Below, piece after piece: positions 48,927 through 59,902 of a stretch of 64,000 bases of DNA. The position numbers and the translations under genes were made by a program. Source of the stretch: a virus; IMG/VR virus record IMGVR_UViG_3300042402_003259, positions 1 through 64,000 of that record. One strand, given 5' to 3'. Every line of letters begins with the position of its first letter. Within the stretch, counting starts at the first letter, position 1. The notes beneath the pieces were generated by a model. It did not search any database. It worked only from the letters and a program-made list of their open reading frames with translations, and was not told the DNA's origin.

Positions 48927-49675
48927 TTATCTTTTAGAATTGACATCAAAATTCTAGCTTCTTTTGCTGGAATATCATTGTATGAAGTCCATACTTTAGC
49001 TTCAGCGTTCTTATAAACACCAAGTTTCCAAGCATTGCGAAGATAATCTTGAAATTCTTCAAAAGAATTAATGCTAGAATTCTTAGCAGTCTTCTCTAGC
49101 ATTCCTTGTGAAGAAGGAAGCGCGACTTCATTATCTTCTTCGAATACAGAAGGAGTGCCTTTCTTAGAAGCGTCGATTTCGTCGCTACCTACAATGTGTA
49201 CGCCTAAAAAGTTTCTTACAGCCCTAACGAATGCGCGATTAGCTGCAATCGTTTCCAAAAATTTGACAGCAAAGTCCGAAGTATTATTGACTGTAGCGTT
49301 TGCGATATCTTCGTAATAACTTTCATATTCTGATTCGTAGTTTGGAATCCAAGTTATGCCACACTTAATGCTGACGTAAGATGGTTCACACTTAATAACG
49401 TCATACTTTACGCTTGTGTATCCTCGGAGCTTGGCAAGCTCTTTAATGCCAGCAAGCTTGATAAGAAGCTGATTATCAGCAAGACCTTCAATGGAAGTGG
49501 GCATCTGCTGTTTACGCAATTCAAACCAACCTCTATTAGGGAATAGATGTTCTGTTTTAACCATTGCTCGCCAGTTGATTGAGCCGTCTTCATTTTTTTT
49601 GTAGTCTATACCTTCAATTAAGCCCCAAGCATTACGCGACTGAGGCACCAGATTTTGATTCTTCTTCTCGCTCAT
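48923..49675 (-). CDS. hypothetical protein, possibly ssDNA-annealing/recombination
   Basis: LxGIKELA, ETIA.NRAFVRAVR..LG..IVG.DE resembles annealing-protein cores. Confidence 0.5.
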   Translation of the reverse strand: MSEKKNQNLVPQSRNAWGLIEGIDYKKNEDGSINWRAMVKTEHLFPNRGWFELRKQQMPTSIEGLADNQLLIKLAGIKELAKLRGYTSVKYDVIKCEPSYVSIKCGITWIPNYESEYESYYEDIANATVNNTSDFAVKFLETIAANRAFVRAVRNFLGVHIVGSDEIDASKKGTPSVFEEDNEVALPSSQGMLEKTAKNSSINSFEEFQDYLRNAWKLGVYKNAEAKVWTSYNDIPAKEARILMSILKDK

Positions 49676-50828
49676 TGTAAATTTTAAAGAATTCTAGTTC
49701 TTGTTCGAATTCTTTTGAGAGAATAACTGTTTCTTCTGAATTGTCAAGGTGTTTGTTCGAAAGATAGTTGGCTTTGCATGAAAACTGTTTGCCTTTAGAA
49801 ATTAAAATTTTGGAGCTAATGAACTTAGATTTTTCAGAAATGTTTTGTAGTTTTTCTAAAGCTCCATCATTTTCGAAATCTTTATTTACTTCCCAGTCTA
49901 AGAATTTAAATCTGTATTCTTCTAGTTTGTCTTTATCGTCGCAAAAGATTTTTAATTTAAGACCGATAGCCTTGCAATGCTTTAAAAATTTTTCTGAAAT
50001 ATTTGGAGAAAGCATTATCGTCATCAAGATTATATTATTTCTAAATGGAGCGATCATGTTAACATTGATATCTTTATCGGTAATTATGTTAACTTTTCTA
50101 TTGGTTAGCCAATAGTTGAAGACAGATGCATTTAGATTTTTTACATAATCAAGTCTTAAATTGATGGATCTGTCCTTCATAAAATCTTCTGAAGATATAA
50201 AGTCAGGAACTATTTCTACAACTTTTTGATGAAAACTTCTGCCCAAATTAACTAATTCAAAACGATGCAGATCATTTTCTATACCAAGACTGTCTAAAAT
50301 ATTTTTGGCAATAACGTATGGGCTAATAAAATTTATGGTTTTGGGAGACTCTTTTAAATGACCATAAGTGGGAAGATTACCGTCTCTATTGGATTCTAAA
50401 ATAATTTGCGAGCTTTGGTTCCAAATTGGTCTGGTATTTTTAGGATTAAATAAAGAATACAAACCTATAGACTTCGTATTAAATACTGAAGCGATATGCA
50501 AAGAATAATTTTCATTCGAAATCAAAAGTCTAGCTTTTGATATGAGATAGTTTTCTTGCTTTTTATTTATTGTTATAAAGCATTTATTACATTGTAGCTT
50601 AGGGCTTTTATCCGTGGCGAATTGAAATACTTCTATATTTGAATCTTTAAGATATGGTTTAATTAAATCAAGAACATCTGCAAAATAATCATACTCGCCG
50701 TTCGTATTTTTGCAACGAGTGTCTATGATGATATAATTATCGCTTTTCAGCGGAATAAAATATCTATCAAGATAAGGCTGCGAAATTTTTACTCCGCAAT
50801 CTAATGCCATTTTTTCAGTTAGATTCAT
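49632..50828 (-). CDS. glycosyltransferase family 9-like protein
   Basis: LISKARLLISNEN..LHIAS.FN.KSIGLY. Confidence 0.65.
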   Translation of the reverse strand: MNLTEKMALDCGVKISQPYLDRYFIPLKSDNYIIIDTRCKNTNGEYDYFADVLDLIKPYLKDSNIEVFQFATDKSPKLQCNKCFITINKKQENYLISKARLLISNENYSLHIASVFNTKSIGLYSLFNPKNTRPIWNQSSQIILESNRDGNLPTYGHLKESPKTINFISPYVIAKNILDSLGIENDLHRFELVNLGRSFHQKVVEIVPDFISSEDFMKDRSINLRLDYVKNLNASVFNYWLTNRKVNIITDKDINVNMIAPFRNNIILMTIMLSPNISEKFLKHCKAIGLKLKIFCDDKDKLEEYRFKFLDWEVNKDFENDGALEKLQNISEKSKFISSKILISKGKQFSCKANYLSNKHLDNSEETVILSKEFEQELEFFKIYNEREEESKSGASVA

Positions 50829-52710
50829 AAATATTATATTGCAGAATATCTTCTGAGTTTCGAAAGTAATTATTATGTATGGAAAGATGAGGAGCATAAA
50901 CTATGTCAAAGTATTTAGTGTTTGGTCCTTTACCTTCGAAAAACAATGGATCGTCCATTTTGCTGAAGTAATTTAATACTTTCTTGATATCTGGATGTGA
51001 ATTTACTAAATCAAAGTTTTCAGACTTGGTAAAGAAATAAATATCATGTTGTGGATATAGTTTCTTTATTGAAGATATCAATGATGTGGCGATAATAACT
51101 TCTTCTGCGCCTTCTGGTTGTATAAACGCTATCTTTTTGGTGCTATCGCTTTCTTTTAACGATTCTAACATTTCAGAAAGAAATGTATTTTGATTTTCGT
51201 TTAACGCTGTTTTCCTGAAATACGCTAACACATCTGATCTTTTAAGATCATTGCTAAGTCTTTGTATCCAATGAGTAACTCCAGCAGGATCTTTCTTCAT
51301 CAAAATATTATCATATAGCGATTCAACCCATTCTTTATCATTTAAATTAGAATCAACATCGTAGAATGGATTGCATTTGGTCTTTTTATTTTCGAAGTTG
51401 TAGTTAACTGAAGGCAAGCTATCAAAAAGTTCTTCAAAATATTTGCCGACAACTTCAATGCTATAATTATCTATAACAAATTGACGAGCTTTTTGACCTA
51501 TTTGTTTTTTGTCTTCATTAGATAAATTGAAAACATATTGTAGCTGAGATAAAATACTCGTTGGTAAAGTGGAAGCTTTGATGAATTGTGTTCCAGGTTC
51601 TCTGTATTCAGCCCATTCAAGAGGCAAGCCGCCACTAGCTTCTGTAGAACAATCTTCACCGCAACTATAATTAGTAACCAACGTTATTAGTTCTGTAAGT
51701 TTAGCTTCTTGAATTGGAATCTCCTGCCCACCAGAAGTAAATGGATGACAATACACATCCATGAGATTATAAATCTCATTGAGTTGCTGTTCATTTACTC
51801 CATTTTTTACATTTGTAGTTTCGCAGCTATTTTGTGCGCGACAAAAATCACAATGAGCGATATGAGTGGAGAACGGTTTCACCGCATAAGCATTGCAATT
51901 TTTACAAACATAAGTGGTCAATATATTTTTTGTGCTGATGTCTTTTTCTTTTAAAAGTTTTAAGATATCCCAACCTTCATTCCAAGAAGTATGTAAAAGA
52001 AGTTTCGCATTTGCTTGTGGATTTGCGGCGCAAAACATTTTAAAACCATCAAGTAAATTAGGCACTGACTTTCTTAGTTGATTTCTAAAAACAAATCCAA
52101 TAATGAATTCATCATTTAGTTTGAAACGAGTGCGAATTTTCTTTCTGTCTTCATCAAGCAATCGATAAAAAGAATTTGTATCTAGTGTTCCATGTACTGT
52201 TTTTACATGAGTATGTCCAAGCTTGTGCATAGCTTTTTCAGCAAATGATGCCCAAACTAAATAATGATTAACTTTTGGCGCAATAGAAACTGCGTCAGGA
52301 AGTATAGGAAGACTATCAAGAGTGGTGTGAATAATGCAGTGAACTTTATTCCACCACTCTTTGTCTTGAAAACCATTGAAAGCCCAAACGTCTTCTATTC
52401 CTAAGTAAATATCGGGTTTTAATTCTTGTATTGCATGATCAATCATTTCTGCGCCATAACCTGCACCATGTTTACGTCTTTCATCAATAGCAATTTCTTT
52501 AATAATCTCTGGATCTTCTGGTAACATACCATAAGATTTCCAAGGTACAAATTGTACTTGTTCTGATTCCCAAGTAAATCCATTGCTTAATTCTATAAGA
52601 TCGTATTTTCCAGTCTTATATAAATATGACAATAAATTCTTTTTATGTTTACCGAAACCAGTAAACATCTTGCAAAAATTACTATGAATTAAAACCCGTT
52701 TCTTAGACAT
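50815..52710 (-). CDS. GT-B glycosyltransferase with C-terminal GT9-like domain
   Basis: TGFG, RNQLRK, EIYNLMDVY.HP..SGGQEIPIQEA; C-terminal I.ATSLI..IK..YP. Confidence 0.85.
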   Translation of the reverse strand: MSKKRVLIHSNFCKMFTGFGKHKKNLLSYLYKTGKYDLIELSNGFTWESEQVQFVPWKSYGMLPEDPEIIKEIAIDERRKHGAGYGAEMIDHAIQELKPDIYLGIEDVWAFNGFQDKEWWNKVHCIIHTTLDSLPILPDAVSIAPKVNHYLVWASFAEKAMHKLGHTHVKTVHGTLDTNSFYRLLDEDRKKIRTRFKLNDEFIIGFVFRNQLRKSVPNLLDGFKMFCAANPQANAKLLLHTSWNEGWDILKLLKEKDISTKNILTTYVCKNCNAYAVKPFSTHIAHCDFCRAQNSCETTNVKNGVNEQQLNEIYNLMDVYCHPFTSGGQEIPIQEAKLTELITLVTNYSCGEDCSTEASGGLPLEWAEYREPGTQFIKASTLPTSILSQLQYVFNLSNEDKKQIGQKARQFVIDNYSIEVVGKYFEELFDSLPSVNYNFENKKTKCNPFYDVDSNLNDKEWVESLYDNILMKKDPAGVTHWIQRLSNDLKRSDVLAYFRKTALNENQNTFLSEMLESLKESDSTKKIAFIQPEGAEEVIIATSLISSIKKLYPQHDIYFFTKSENFDLVNSHPDIKKVLNYFSKMDDPLFFEGKGPNTKYFDIVYAPHLSIHNNYFRNSEDILQYNIYESN

Positions 52711-53300
52711 TAGAAGTCCATTTCTTCTGTATCTGCGGCAACTGGTTCTGCCTTCTTAGGCTTTGGAGCGGCTTCTTGAGGCACTGCTTCTCGCTTTGCT
52801 GGTGCGGCTTGTTCTGACTTCGGTGGTAGCTTTCGTGAGTCATCAAGTAGAGAATAGAACTTATTAATAAAAGAAATAAGCCTAACAGCCTCTCCCGGCT
52901 CTAGCGGAACCTTGAAAGTGTCCGCTCCATTTCGAATGAAAGACAATCCAAAAGCGGTATACTTGACAGCGTAATCTCCAGTACCCTTTGTCTTCTCGTA
53001 TGGCGCGAGCTTGATTTGGGTCTTGTTGGATTCGCTAGAATGGAACGCTGAATAAGAAGTCTTTTGCTGAAACGCGTTAATCATTTCACCAAGTTCAAAC
53101 TCATTGAACTTGATAGCAATAGTCTTTGATGGATTATTACGACTCTCCGCGAATGAGCCTGTCTTGGTCTGATCGTTCCAAGAATGTTGAGCAATACAGT
53201 TTACATAAAACTGCGGCTCACTGTTTGGCTTTTGTGAGATTTGGAAGCTGATAGCGCAACCCTGATTCTTAGGGTTTGGCTTATAGATCTGAAGATTCAT
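52710..53300 (-). CDS. putative ssDNA-binding protein
   Basis: Beta-rich core, Pro/Ala linker, acidic aromatic tail TEEMDF. Confidence 0.55.
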   Translation of the reverse strand: MNLQIYKPNPKNQGCAISFQISQKPNSEPQFYVNCIAQHSWNDQTKTGSFAESRNNPSKTIAIKFNEFELGEMINAFQQKTSYSAFHSSESNKTQIKLAPYEKTKGTGDYAVKYTAFGLSFIRNGADTFKVPLEPGEAVRLISFINKFYSLLDDSRKLPPKSEQAAPAKREAVPQEAAPKPKKAEPVAADTEEMDF

Positions 53301-53333
53301 ATATCGCAGGATAATAAGGTTATCCTGCGATAT
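53301..53333. promoter_or_regulatory. perfect 14-bp inverted repeat abutting the start codon
   Basis: atatcgcaggataa-taagg-ttatcctgcgatat. Confidence 0.7.
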
Positions 53334-53344
53334 TTCTAATAAAA

Positions 53345-53572
53345 TTACTCGAAATAATAGAATAAACTTCTAGCTGTTCCACTAACAACTGGACTAGAAA
53401 TTTTAATAGGAATAGTAGGATTTAAACTTTGATTAGCGCCTACTGTTATAGTGCCAAAATCTCCACTAAAAGAAGCTAATGCCGATACGATATAAATATC
53501 TTTATCGCTAGTTGGGGTAACAGTTGTGCCAGTATTAAAATAACAAAATGGAATGTCTTGATTATTAGCCAT
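53345..53572 (-). CDS. hypothetical protein
   Basis: 75-aa ORF with GTGTAA-N8-ATG upstream. Confidence 0.7.
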   Translation of the reverse strand: MANNQDIPFCYFNTGTTVTPTSDKDIYIVSALASFSGDFGTITVGANQSLNPTIPIKISSPVVSGTARSLFYYFE

Positions 53573-53586
53573 ATATTTTATTACAC

Positions 53587-54735
53587 TTATTGACTAGCTT
53601 TTAGAAGAGCTTCTAGTTTACCATTTGGAGTTGTAATACCACCAATAGCCGTAAAGATAGAAAGTCCTTCTTTAACTCCCTTATAAACACCTTGATGAAC
53701 GGTGCTATTGGTCTTCAAGGTTCTATTCAATTGATTGAAAGCGTTGTCTAAATATTCTTGAGGAATATTGTCTAACGTTCTTTCATCACAAATCGCCACA
53801 GCAGCAGCGGTGCTACCAGTAGAAAGATCAAGCTCGCCGCAAAGAACATTTCTCTTGAGATTTTCGCGAACTGCTTTGCTGATTTCGGCTTCGCTACTAT
53901 GATTAGTAATGTTAGCTGCACCAAAAACCATAATACCAGAATCGAGAACAGTTCTGAAATCATTTGTATCGAATGTACTATATTGACTATTCTTAGTAAT
54001 GATGTTATTAAACAAGTGAAATAAAGAACAAATATTAGCATTTGCTACTTGCCAGAACTTGTTTACAGAAAGTTTTGGATAAAGCGTATTGATTCTTTCG
54101 TTATCAAGAATAATAAGAGGAGAAACAATCTTCTGTTCTACTAACTCACAAGCTTCCTTGAGTGTTTCATAAGCATTCTGACTGACTTTCTTGCCTTCAG
54201 AAAGCTTTGGTAGAGCGAGAATTAAGCCAACATAAGGAGAAGTGGCTTTCACTGTTGTCTGATATTCTTTTACGGTTTTTACTAGTTCGGCGCAAACACC
54301 TGCGCCAGTTCCGCCACCAGCACCAACTGTAACGAAAATACGATCAATATCTGTTCCGACAGAAGACTTGATAAAATCTACTACATCTTCTTTACTATTT
54401 AAGAAAGCTTGTTTAGCGAATTCTCTATTCTTACCAGCACCTTGTTGTTCTCCAAACTTCATTTTGTTTGGCACGTTTATGGTAGCTAGATCTTGATCGG
54501 CTGTATTAATAACACCAACTCTAGCATATCCAATCTGAGAAAATGTTTCAGCTAGTTTTCCACCGCCTTGACCAGCACCAATAAATCCAAACTTAAAACC
54601 TACAGCATCTTTATCTTTTGGTTCTGGCTTTTCACTTTGAGGAGGCTCAGGAATATCTGGCATCGCAAAATCAAATGTGTCATTAGAAGATGGAGGGTTA
54701 GGGTTCACACCGTAAATAGGATTATGCTCATTCAT
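53587..54735 (-). CDS. tubulin/FtsZ superfamily GTPase (PhuZ/TubZ-like)
   Basis: GAGQGG, INTA..DL, GAGK, GAGGGTGAG, LDNE, FDTNDF. Confidence 0.92.
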   Translation of the reverse strand: MNEHNPIYGVNPNPPSSNDTFDFAMPDIPEPPQSEKPEPKDKDAVGFKFGFIGAGQGGGKLAETFSQIGYARVGVINTADQDLATINVPNKMKFGEQQGAGKNREFAKQAFLNSKEDVVDFIKSSVGTDIDRIFVTVGAGGGTGAGVCAELVKTVKEYQTTVKATSPYVGLILALPKLSEGKKVSQNAYETLKEACELVEQKIVSPLIILDNERINTLYPKLSVNKFWQVANANICSLFHLFNNIITKNSQYSTFDTNDFRTVLDSGIMVFGAANITNHSSEAEISKAVRENLKRNVLCGELDLSTGSTAAAVAICDERTLDNIPQEYLDNAFNQLNRTLKTNSTVHQGVYKGVKEGLSIFTAIGGITTPNGKLEALLKASQ

Positions 54736-54738
54736 ATA

Positions 54739-54942
54739 TTATAGAAGATTTAAACTGTCACCTTTGCGAACGTCATCCCAGCTAGTTTCTCCTTTTGCCT
54801 TATGGCGAATCTTATATTGAGAATAACAAACAGCAGCGCGTTGCTTTTGATCTTTAAAATCTTTATTCATCATATCGTCACCCATGCAGCGGCTAACGAA
54901 TTCTTGTTCTGTTTCTTTCTTACTAGGTTTTGGGAGCGGCAT
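54739..54942 (-). CDS. conserved small phage protein
   Basis: MPLPKP...E...EFVSRCM.D..M...F....QRAAVC. Confidence 0.75.
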   Translation of the reverse strand: MPLPKPSKKETEQEFVSRCMGDDMMNKDFKDQKQRAAVCYSQYKIRHKAKGETSWDDVRKGDSLNLL

Positions 54943-54947
54943 ATAAA

Positions 54948-57353
54948 TTATATTACACAAATATTGTTGTCTTTAATAGAAATTTCTAGATTTAGTTTCT
55001 TGTCTGAATCTAGCATCTTTTCCGCTACTTGTGTTTGAAGTTCGCGTTGAATAGTTTTGATAACCTGTCTTGCGCCAAAGTTGTTAAATTGAATTTTATT
55101 AAATATAAAATCAGTTACTTCTGATGAATATTTTATAATCACATTTCTTTCTATCAAATCTGATTTAAAAGATTGCAGTTCTTTATCTATAATTAGTTTG
55201 ATCTGTTCTTGCTCAAGAGAATCGAAAATAATTATTTCATCAATGCGATTCAATAAATCAGGAGGAAAATGTTTTTTAATAGAAGATAAAACGTCTGATT
55301 TACCAGCCTTTTGCTTTCCAAAACCAATCGAAGAATGATTAACCACTTCTGCTCCGACATTCGTAGTCATAACAATCATCGTGTTTGAAAAGTCAACGGT
55401 CTTACCAGAAGAATCGGTTATCTTGCCTTCTTCAAGTATTTGTAACAAAGAATACAAAACGTCTTCATCAGCTTTTTGTATTTCATCAAATAGAATTAAA
55501 GAGTATGGATTTTTTCTAACCTTTTCAGTTAATACTCCACCTTTATCAAATCCAATATAACCGGGACTAGATCCAACTAGTTTATTTACGGCGGTCTTGT
55601 CTGTGTATTCAGACATATCAATTGTTATAAAATTGTTCTTATTAATGAATAATGTTTCAGCAATTATCTTTGCAGTCATTGTCTTGCCAACACCCGTTGG
55701 TCCAGCATAAAGCATTGAACAAATGGGTTTATTTGGATTGCGGAAACCAGCTTTCGCTCTGATTAAAGATTTATATATATGTTCAATTTGATTATCTTGA
55801 CCAAATACTTGTTCTTTTAGCTTAATTTTAAGCAATTTAACTTTATCAAAGTCTTGTAATTCCAAATCATCAATTGGAATATTAGTTTTATCAGAGACGA
55901 CTTCTAAAATATCGGTGTTTGTGACTTGATATCTATTATTACGCCAATTAGTAATCATCTTTTTTGTAGACTCTTCATACTCAACCAATAGCTCTTCTAA
56001 AGAAGAAATCTTTTTCTTCTCTATTGTTTGCTTATTAGAATCTACAAATTTACTGAGTTTCTTTTCTATCTTAAGCATTTCAGGAGACTTTACAAAGTTC
56101 TTTAATTTAACTTTAGCTCCTACTTGATCAATAATGTCTAAAGCTTTGTCAGGAAATCTTCCTTCAATATACTTTTCAGCACTATTAATAATAAAATGAA
56201 TAACATCATCAGAGAAATCTATTACATGAAAATTTTCATATCCGCCTTTAATATTCTTGATTAGATTGAAGGTTTGTTCTTTTGTGGGTTCTTCAATTTT
56301 AATAATCTGAAAACGCCTAGATAAAGCTGGGTCATCAGATATAGTCTTCTTGTATTCGTCAAAAGTGGTAGCACCAATGCAGCTAATTTCTCCTCTGGCT
56401 AAATAAGGCTTTAGAATATTAGCAACATCGTTGCCATTTTCTGGATTTCCAGCACCAATGATCGTGTGAATTTCATCGATAAATAAAACTATATACGGAT
56501 CATCTGTAATTTCTTTTAATAGATTCTTAATTTTTTCTTCAAACTCACCACGGAATTTGCAACCAGCAATCATCATTGGAATATCTAAGCTGTAAATCTG
56601 CTTTAAACTAAGCAAATCAGAAGCTTCACCTTTAACGATGGCTTGAGCCAATGATTCAACTAGTGCAGTTTTACCAACACCGGCTTCACCTACAATAAGT
56701 GGATTATTTTTATTTTTACGACAAAGGACTTCTGAGATCTTTTGAATTAATTCTTTATTAAGATGCAGATTATTTATCTTACCATTAACAACTTGTATAT
56801 TAAGATTATTAGCGTAAGTATTTAAAACTTTATACTTCTTTATATCAAAAGTTTGTTTCGCTTCATTAGGAACGTTTGTTTCCTCCTCAACGCTTGGCAA
56901 CATATCATCATCTTCTAGTTTTTGCTCAACATAGTCCACGACTTTAACAAAATCATAATTATAATCAATCAAGTAAAGTTCAAAAGTCTGATTAGGAACT
57001 TCAAACAAACTTAAAAATACATGTTCTAATCCGATGTATTTATGATCGAATTTAGAAGATATAGTTTTGGCGCATTTAAAAACATTAGTTACACCTTCAG
57101 ATAATAAAGGCTTTAACGTAGCTTTCTTTTGTGCTGGAACATTAGCTTTTAGAAATGCTATGGCACTATTCTTTATCTTTAAAGAATCTATACCGAAATT
57201 TCCAAATGCTTCTTCTATCTGACTTTGCTTAAGATTCAAAAAGCTTATAAACAAATGAAGATGCGTGATCTCTGTGTGTTTGAGATCTACAGCTATTTTA
57301 TAAGCTTCTTTGATTAGCTTTTGCGCTCTTGGTGTTAAATTTAAATTTTTCAT
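54948..57353 (-). CDS. ClpC/ClpA-type AAA+ ATPase
   Basis: Clp N-domain, [35 protein letters not shown] loop. Confidence 0.95.
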   Translation of the reverse strand: MKNLNLTPRAQKLIKEAYKIAVDLKHTEITHLHLFISFLNLKQSQIEEAFGNFGIDSLKIKNSAIAFLKANVPAQKKATLKPLLSEGVTNVFKCAKTISSKFDHKYIGLEHVFLSLFEVPNQTFELYLIDYNYDFVKVVDYVEQKLEDDDMLPSVEEETNVPNEAKQTFDIKKYKVLNTYANNLNIQVVNGKINNLHLNKELIQKISEVLCRKNKNNPLIVGEAGVGKTALVESLAQAIVKGEASDLLSLKQIYSLDIPMMIAGCKFRGEFEEKIKNLLKEITDDPYIVLFIDEIHTIIGAGNPENGNDVANILKPYLARGEISCIGATTFDEYKKTISDDPALSRRFQIIKIEEPTKEQTFNLIKNIKGGYENFHVIDFSDDVIHFIINSAEKYIEGRFPDKALDIIDQVGAKVKLKNFVKSPEMLKIEKKLSKFVDSNKQTIEKKKISSLEELLVEYEESTKKMITNWRNNRYQVTNTDILEVVSDKTNIPIDDLELQDFDKVKLLKIKLKEQVFGQDNQIEHIYKSLIRAKAGFRNPNKPICSMLYAGPTGVGKTMTAKIIAETLFINKNNFITIDMSEYTDKTAVNKLVGSSPGYIGFDKGGVLTEKVRKNPYSLILFDEIQKADEDVLYSLLQILEEGKITDSSGKTVDFSNTMIVMTTNVGAEVVNHSSIGFGKQKAGKSDVLSSIKKHFPPDLLNRIDEIIIFDSLEQEQIKLIIDKELQSFKSDLIERNVIIKYSSEVTDFIFNKIQFNNFGARQVIKTIQRELQTQVAEKMLDSDKKLNLEISIKDNNICVI

Positions 57354-59902
57354 TCTATGTCAGATAACTTCATGTAGATCTTGTCGTCCAAGATTCCGAT
57401 GTTCTCTATCCATAGCACATCGTCACCCTTTCTGCCAGTGAAAACTACAATACTTTCCTTATCTGGAATTTTAAGACCGTCTTCAAGATACTCTGTTAAT
57501 CTTTGGTGTTTTCCACCATCTAAAAACATCGCACTTACGCTGCCAACTTCATCTTTCAATTGGAATCTATAGAATGTAGAATTAGACTTTTTAGTTTTGC
57601 CCTTATAAACATCATCTATCACTCCAACCATCTTTACTCTGTCTTCTTTAAAAGCAGATTGAAATTCCATTGTATCTGTAAACGTACACTCAGATTGCTG
57701 AAAAATAGTCTTTAGTCGAATAGTTGGAGTGTAACCTAAGAGCCTATTTTCAAAGACCCAATTAGCAAACTTCTCATGATTCTTGTTTTGCTCGTAGATC
57801 TTTTTATACTCATCGTACTTTTTTCTGAATGTTATTTTACGCTTTTCATTCATGAATGGTTTACCATTCTCATTAAGAGATTGTGCTTTAAAAGCGCATT
57901 CACTTACAATAGTTAAAATATCGTAATCATATTTAGGCCCAACACTGCAAGCGAATTTCTTTTCTTTATCAGTTAAGATGTTGAAAGTTTGAGCTTCAAG
58001 AACTAAGCGTGATCTTCTATGAGTATATGAACTTAGAGTTCCAGCTTGAATCAAAGAAGAAAGTAGACCAATATTAATACCAGCTTGTTTAGCGGCGATA
58101 AAAATATCGAACTTTGTTGGAGTGTTTGTCTCTCTAAAGCTTTGAAGAGCTTGCAACGTCTTTTCAGAAACACCCTTAATAGAGTTCAATCCAAAACGAA
58201 TATTTCCATCTTCAATCTTAAAATCTAATGCAGACTTTGCTAGATCAGGAGGTAGAAGTTTGATATCAAAATATACTAGCTCTTTTGAAATCTTGTTAAT
58301 TTCTTGATGTGAATCAGGCTCATATTTAGACAACTGAAGCAATGCCAAGAAAAATTCATGTGGATACTTGAATTTTAGATAAGCAGTCCATGCAGCCAAA
58401 ATAGCATAAGAGATAGAGTGAGATTTATTAAACGAATAGTTCGCTGAGTCTTCAGCTACTTTCCACAATACATCGCCAATCGCAGGATCAAGATTCTGTT
58501 CGGATACTTTCTGACGAATCTTTCCTTGCCATGCTGGCATTTGATCCACCTTCTTTTTACCAACGATACGTCGCAACTGCTCTGACTCATCAAGAGTGAA
58601 TCCCAAACGCACAGCCATCTTCATCAACTGCTCTTGATAAAGAGGAATGCCACCAGTATATGAAAGCTCTTCTTTAAAGAAATCGTGAACAAGCTGGAAT
58701 ACTCCTGAAGCTGAATATGTAGCATACTGATCAGCGAAATCCAATGCGCCGGGACGAGCAATAGCAACTACCGCACTAAGCTGTTCAAGAGACTTGGGCT
58801 TAACTTTACGGCATACCTTGAAGTTGGTTTCCGCTTCAATTTGGAATAGACCTTGTGGAGTACGAAGATTCTGAAAGCTTTCATAAATGAAAGGATCTTC
58901 TGGATCAATAGAAGTCATTTCAATATTCAGTCTCTTGCAAACTTCGCTGACTACAGTCAAAGTTCTCAAGCCAAGAACATCGAACTTAACCATTAGTTCG
59001 GCTACATAATTCATATCATAGCCGCTAACTAAATCACCATCAGAAGTCTTTTGAACTGGGCAAACTTCTTCGATCTTATAATAAGAAATAGCAATACCAG
59101 AAGGATGAACACCAGTATTCTTATTCAACCCTTCAATCTTCTTAGCTATTTCAAATACGAATTTATTTTGATCAACCCAAGCTTTAAATTTATCATTAGC
59201 TTTATACGCTTCTTCTAAATCAAAAACCCGTCCAAACAGTTTGGGAATATTGTCGCTAACTTCATTTACGTCTGTTTCTGATAAAGCACCAACAATCTTT
59301 CCGCACTCTTTAATACAAAGCTTACTAGAAAGAGTATTGAGAGTTAAGATCTTCGATGTTTTGCCTAGATGTTTCTGCTCAATATACTTAATCACTTCTG
59401 CGCGTCTATCATAGCTAATATCGTTATCTACGTCAGGAAGAAGTGAACCATCAAGATAGGTAATATCATCTTTGATAATCTTCTTAGCGCGAGAACGGCT
59501 AACGAAACGCTCAAAGAATAGTTCATATTTTATGGGATCAACTTTCGTAACACCCACGATAAACAAAACCAAAGAACCCGCAGCACTACCACGACCAGCA
59601 CCAGTTGGAATATTATTTTCATGGCAGTAATTAAGAATATCCCAGTTGAGAAGTACATAATCAACGAAATCAAGCTCTCTGAAGATTTCCAGTTCCATCT
59701 CCATACGCTCAACATATTGATTATTGTTTAATCCTAAATTATTTAAACTCCTATAACAAAGTGTCTTAAGGAATGTAAAATTATCGGAAGAAATAGGAAT
59801 CTTCAGTAAATCATAATATTTACCTTCAATAGAGATTTGAGGCAAGCGAACGCCGGGAAGCATGGCGTTATCATAAGTTTTAATGTCTTGTAAAAAATTC
59901 AT
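57350..59902 (-). CDS. dnaE: DNA polymerase III alpha catalytic core (no PHP domain)
   Basis: GRGSAAGS, FERF, PDVDND, HPSG, KFDVLGL, YSFNKSH, C-terminal OB fold. Confidence 0.95.
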   Translation of the reverse strand: MNFLQDIKTYDNAMLPGVRLPQISIEGKYYDLLKIPISSDNFTFLKTLCYRSLNNLGLNNNQYVERMEMELEIFRELDFVDYVLLNWDILNYCHENNIPTGAGRGSAAGSLVLFIVGVTKVDPIKYELFFERFVSRSRAKKIIKDDITYLDGSLLPDVDNDISYDRRAEVIKYIEQKHLGKTSKILTLNTLSSKLCIKECGKIVGALSETDVNEVSDNIPKLFGRVFDLEEAYKANDKFKAWVDQNKFVFEIAKKIEGLNKNTGVHPSGIAISYYKIEEVCPVQKTSDGDLVSGYDMNYVAELMVKFDVLGLRTLTVVSEVCKRLNIEMTSIDPEDPFIYESFQNLRTPQGLFQIEAETNFKVCRKVKPKSLEQLSAVVAIARPGALDFADQYATYSASGVFQLVHDFFKEELSYTGGIPLYQEQLMKMAVRLGFTLDESEQLRRIVGKKKVDQMPAWQGKIRQKVSEQNLDPAIGDVLWKVAEDSANYSFNKSHSISYAILAAWTAYLKFKYPHEFFLALLQLSKYEPDSHQEINKISKELVYFDIKLLPPDLAKSALDFKIEDGNIRFGLNSIKGVSEKTLQALQSFRETNTPTKFDIFIAAKQAGINIGLLSSLIQAGTLSSYTHRRSRLVLEAQTFNILTDKEKKFACSVGPKYDYDILTIVSECAFKAQSLNENGKPFMNEKRKITFRKKYDEYKKIYEQNKNHEKFANWVFENRLLGYTPTIRLKTIFQQSECTFTDTMEFQSAFKEDRVKMVGVIDDVYKGKTKKSNSTFYRFQLKDEVGSVSAMFLDGGKHQRLTEYLEDGLKIPDKESIVVFTGRKGDDVLWIENIGILDDKIYMKLSDIE

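Noticed and set aside
57350-59902. Intein or split intein in DnaE
   Set aside because: No C/S-start or HN-C splice motifs, and the core length is normal
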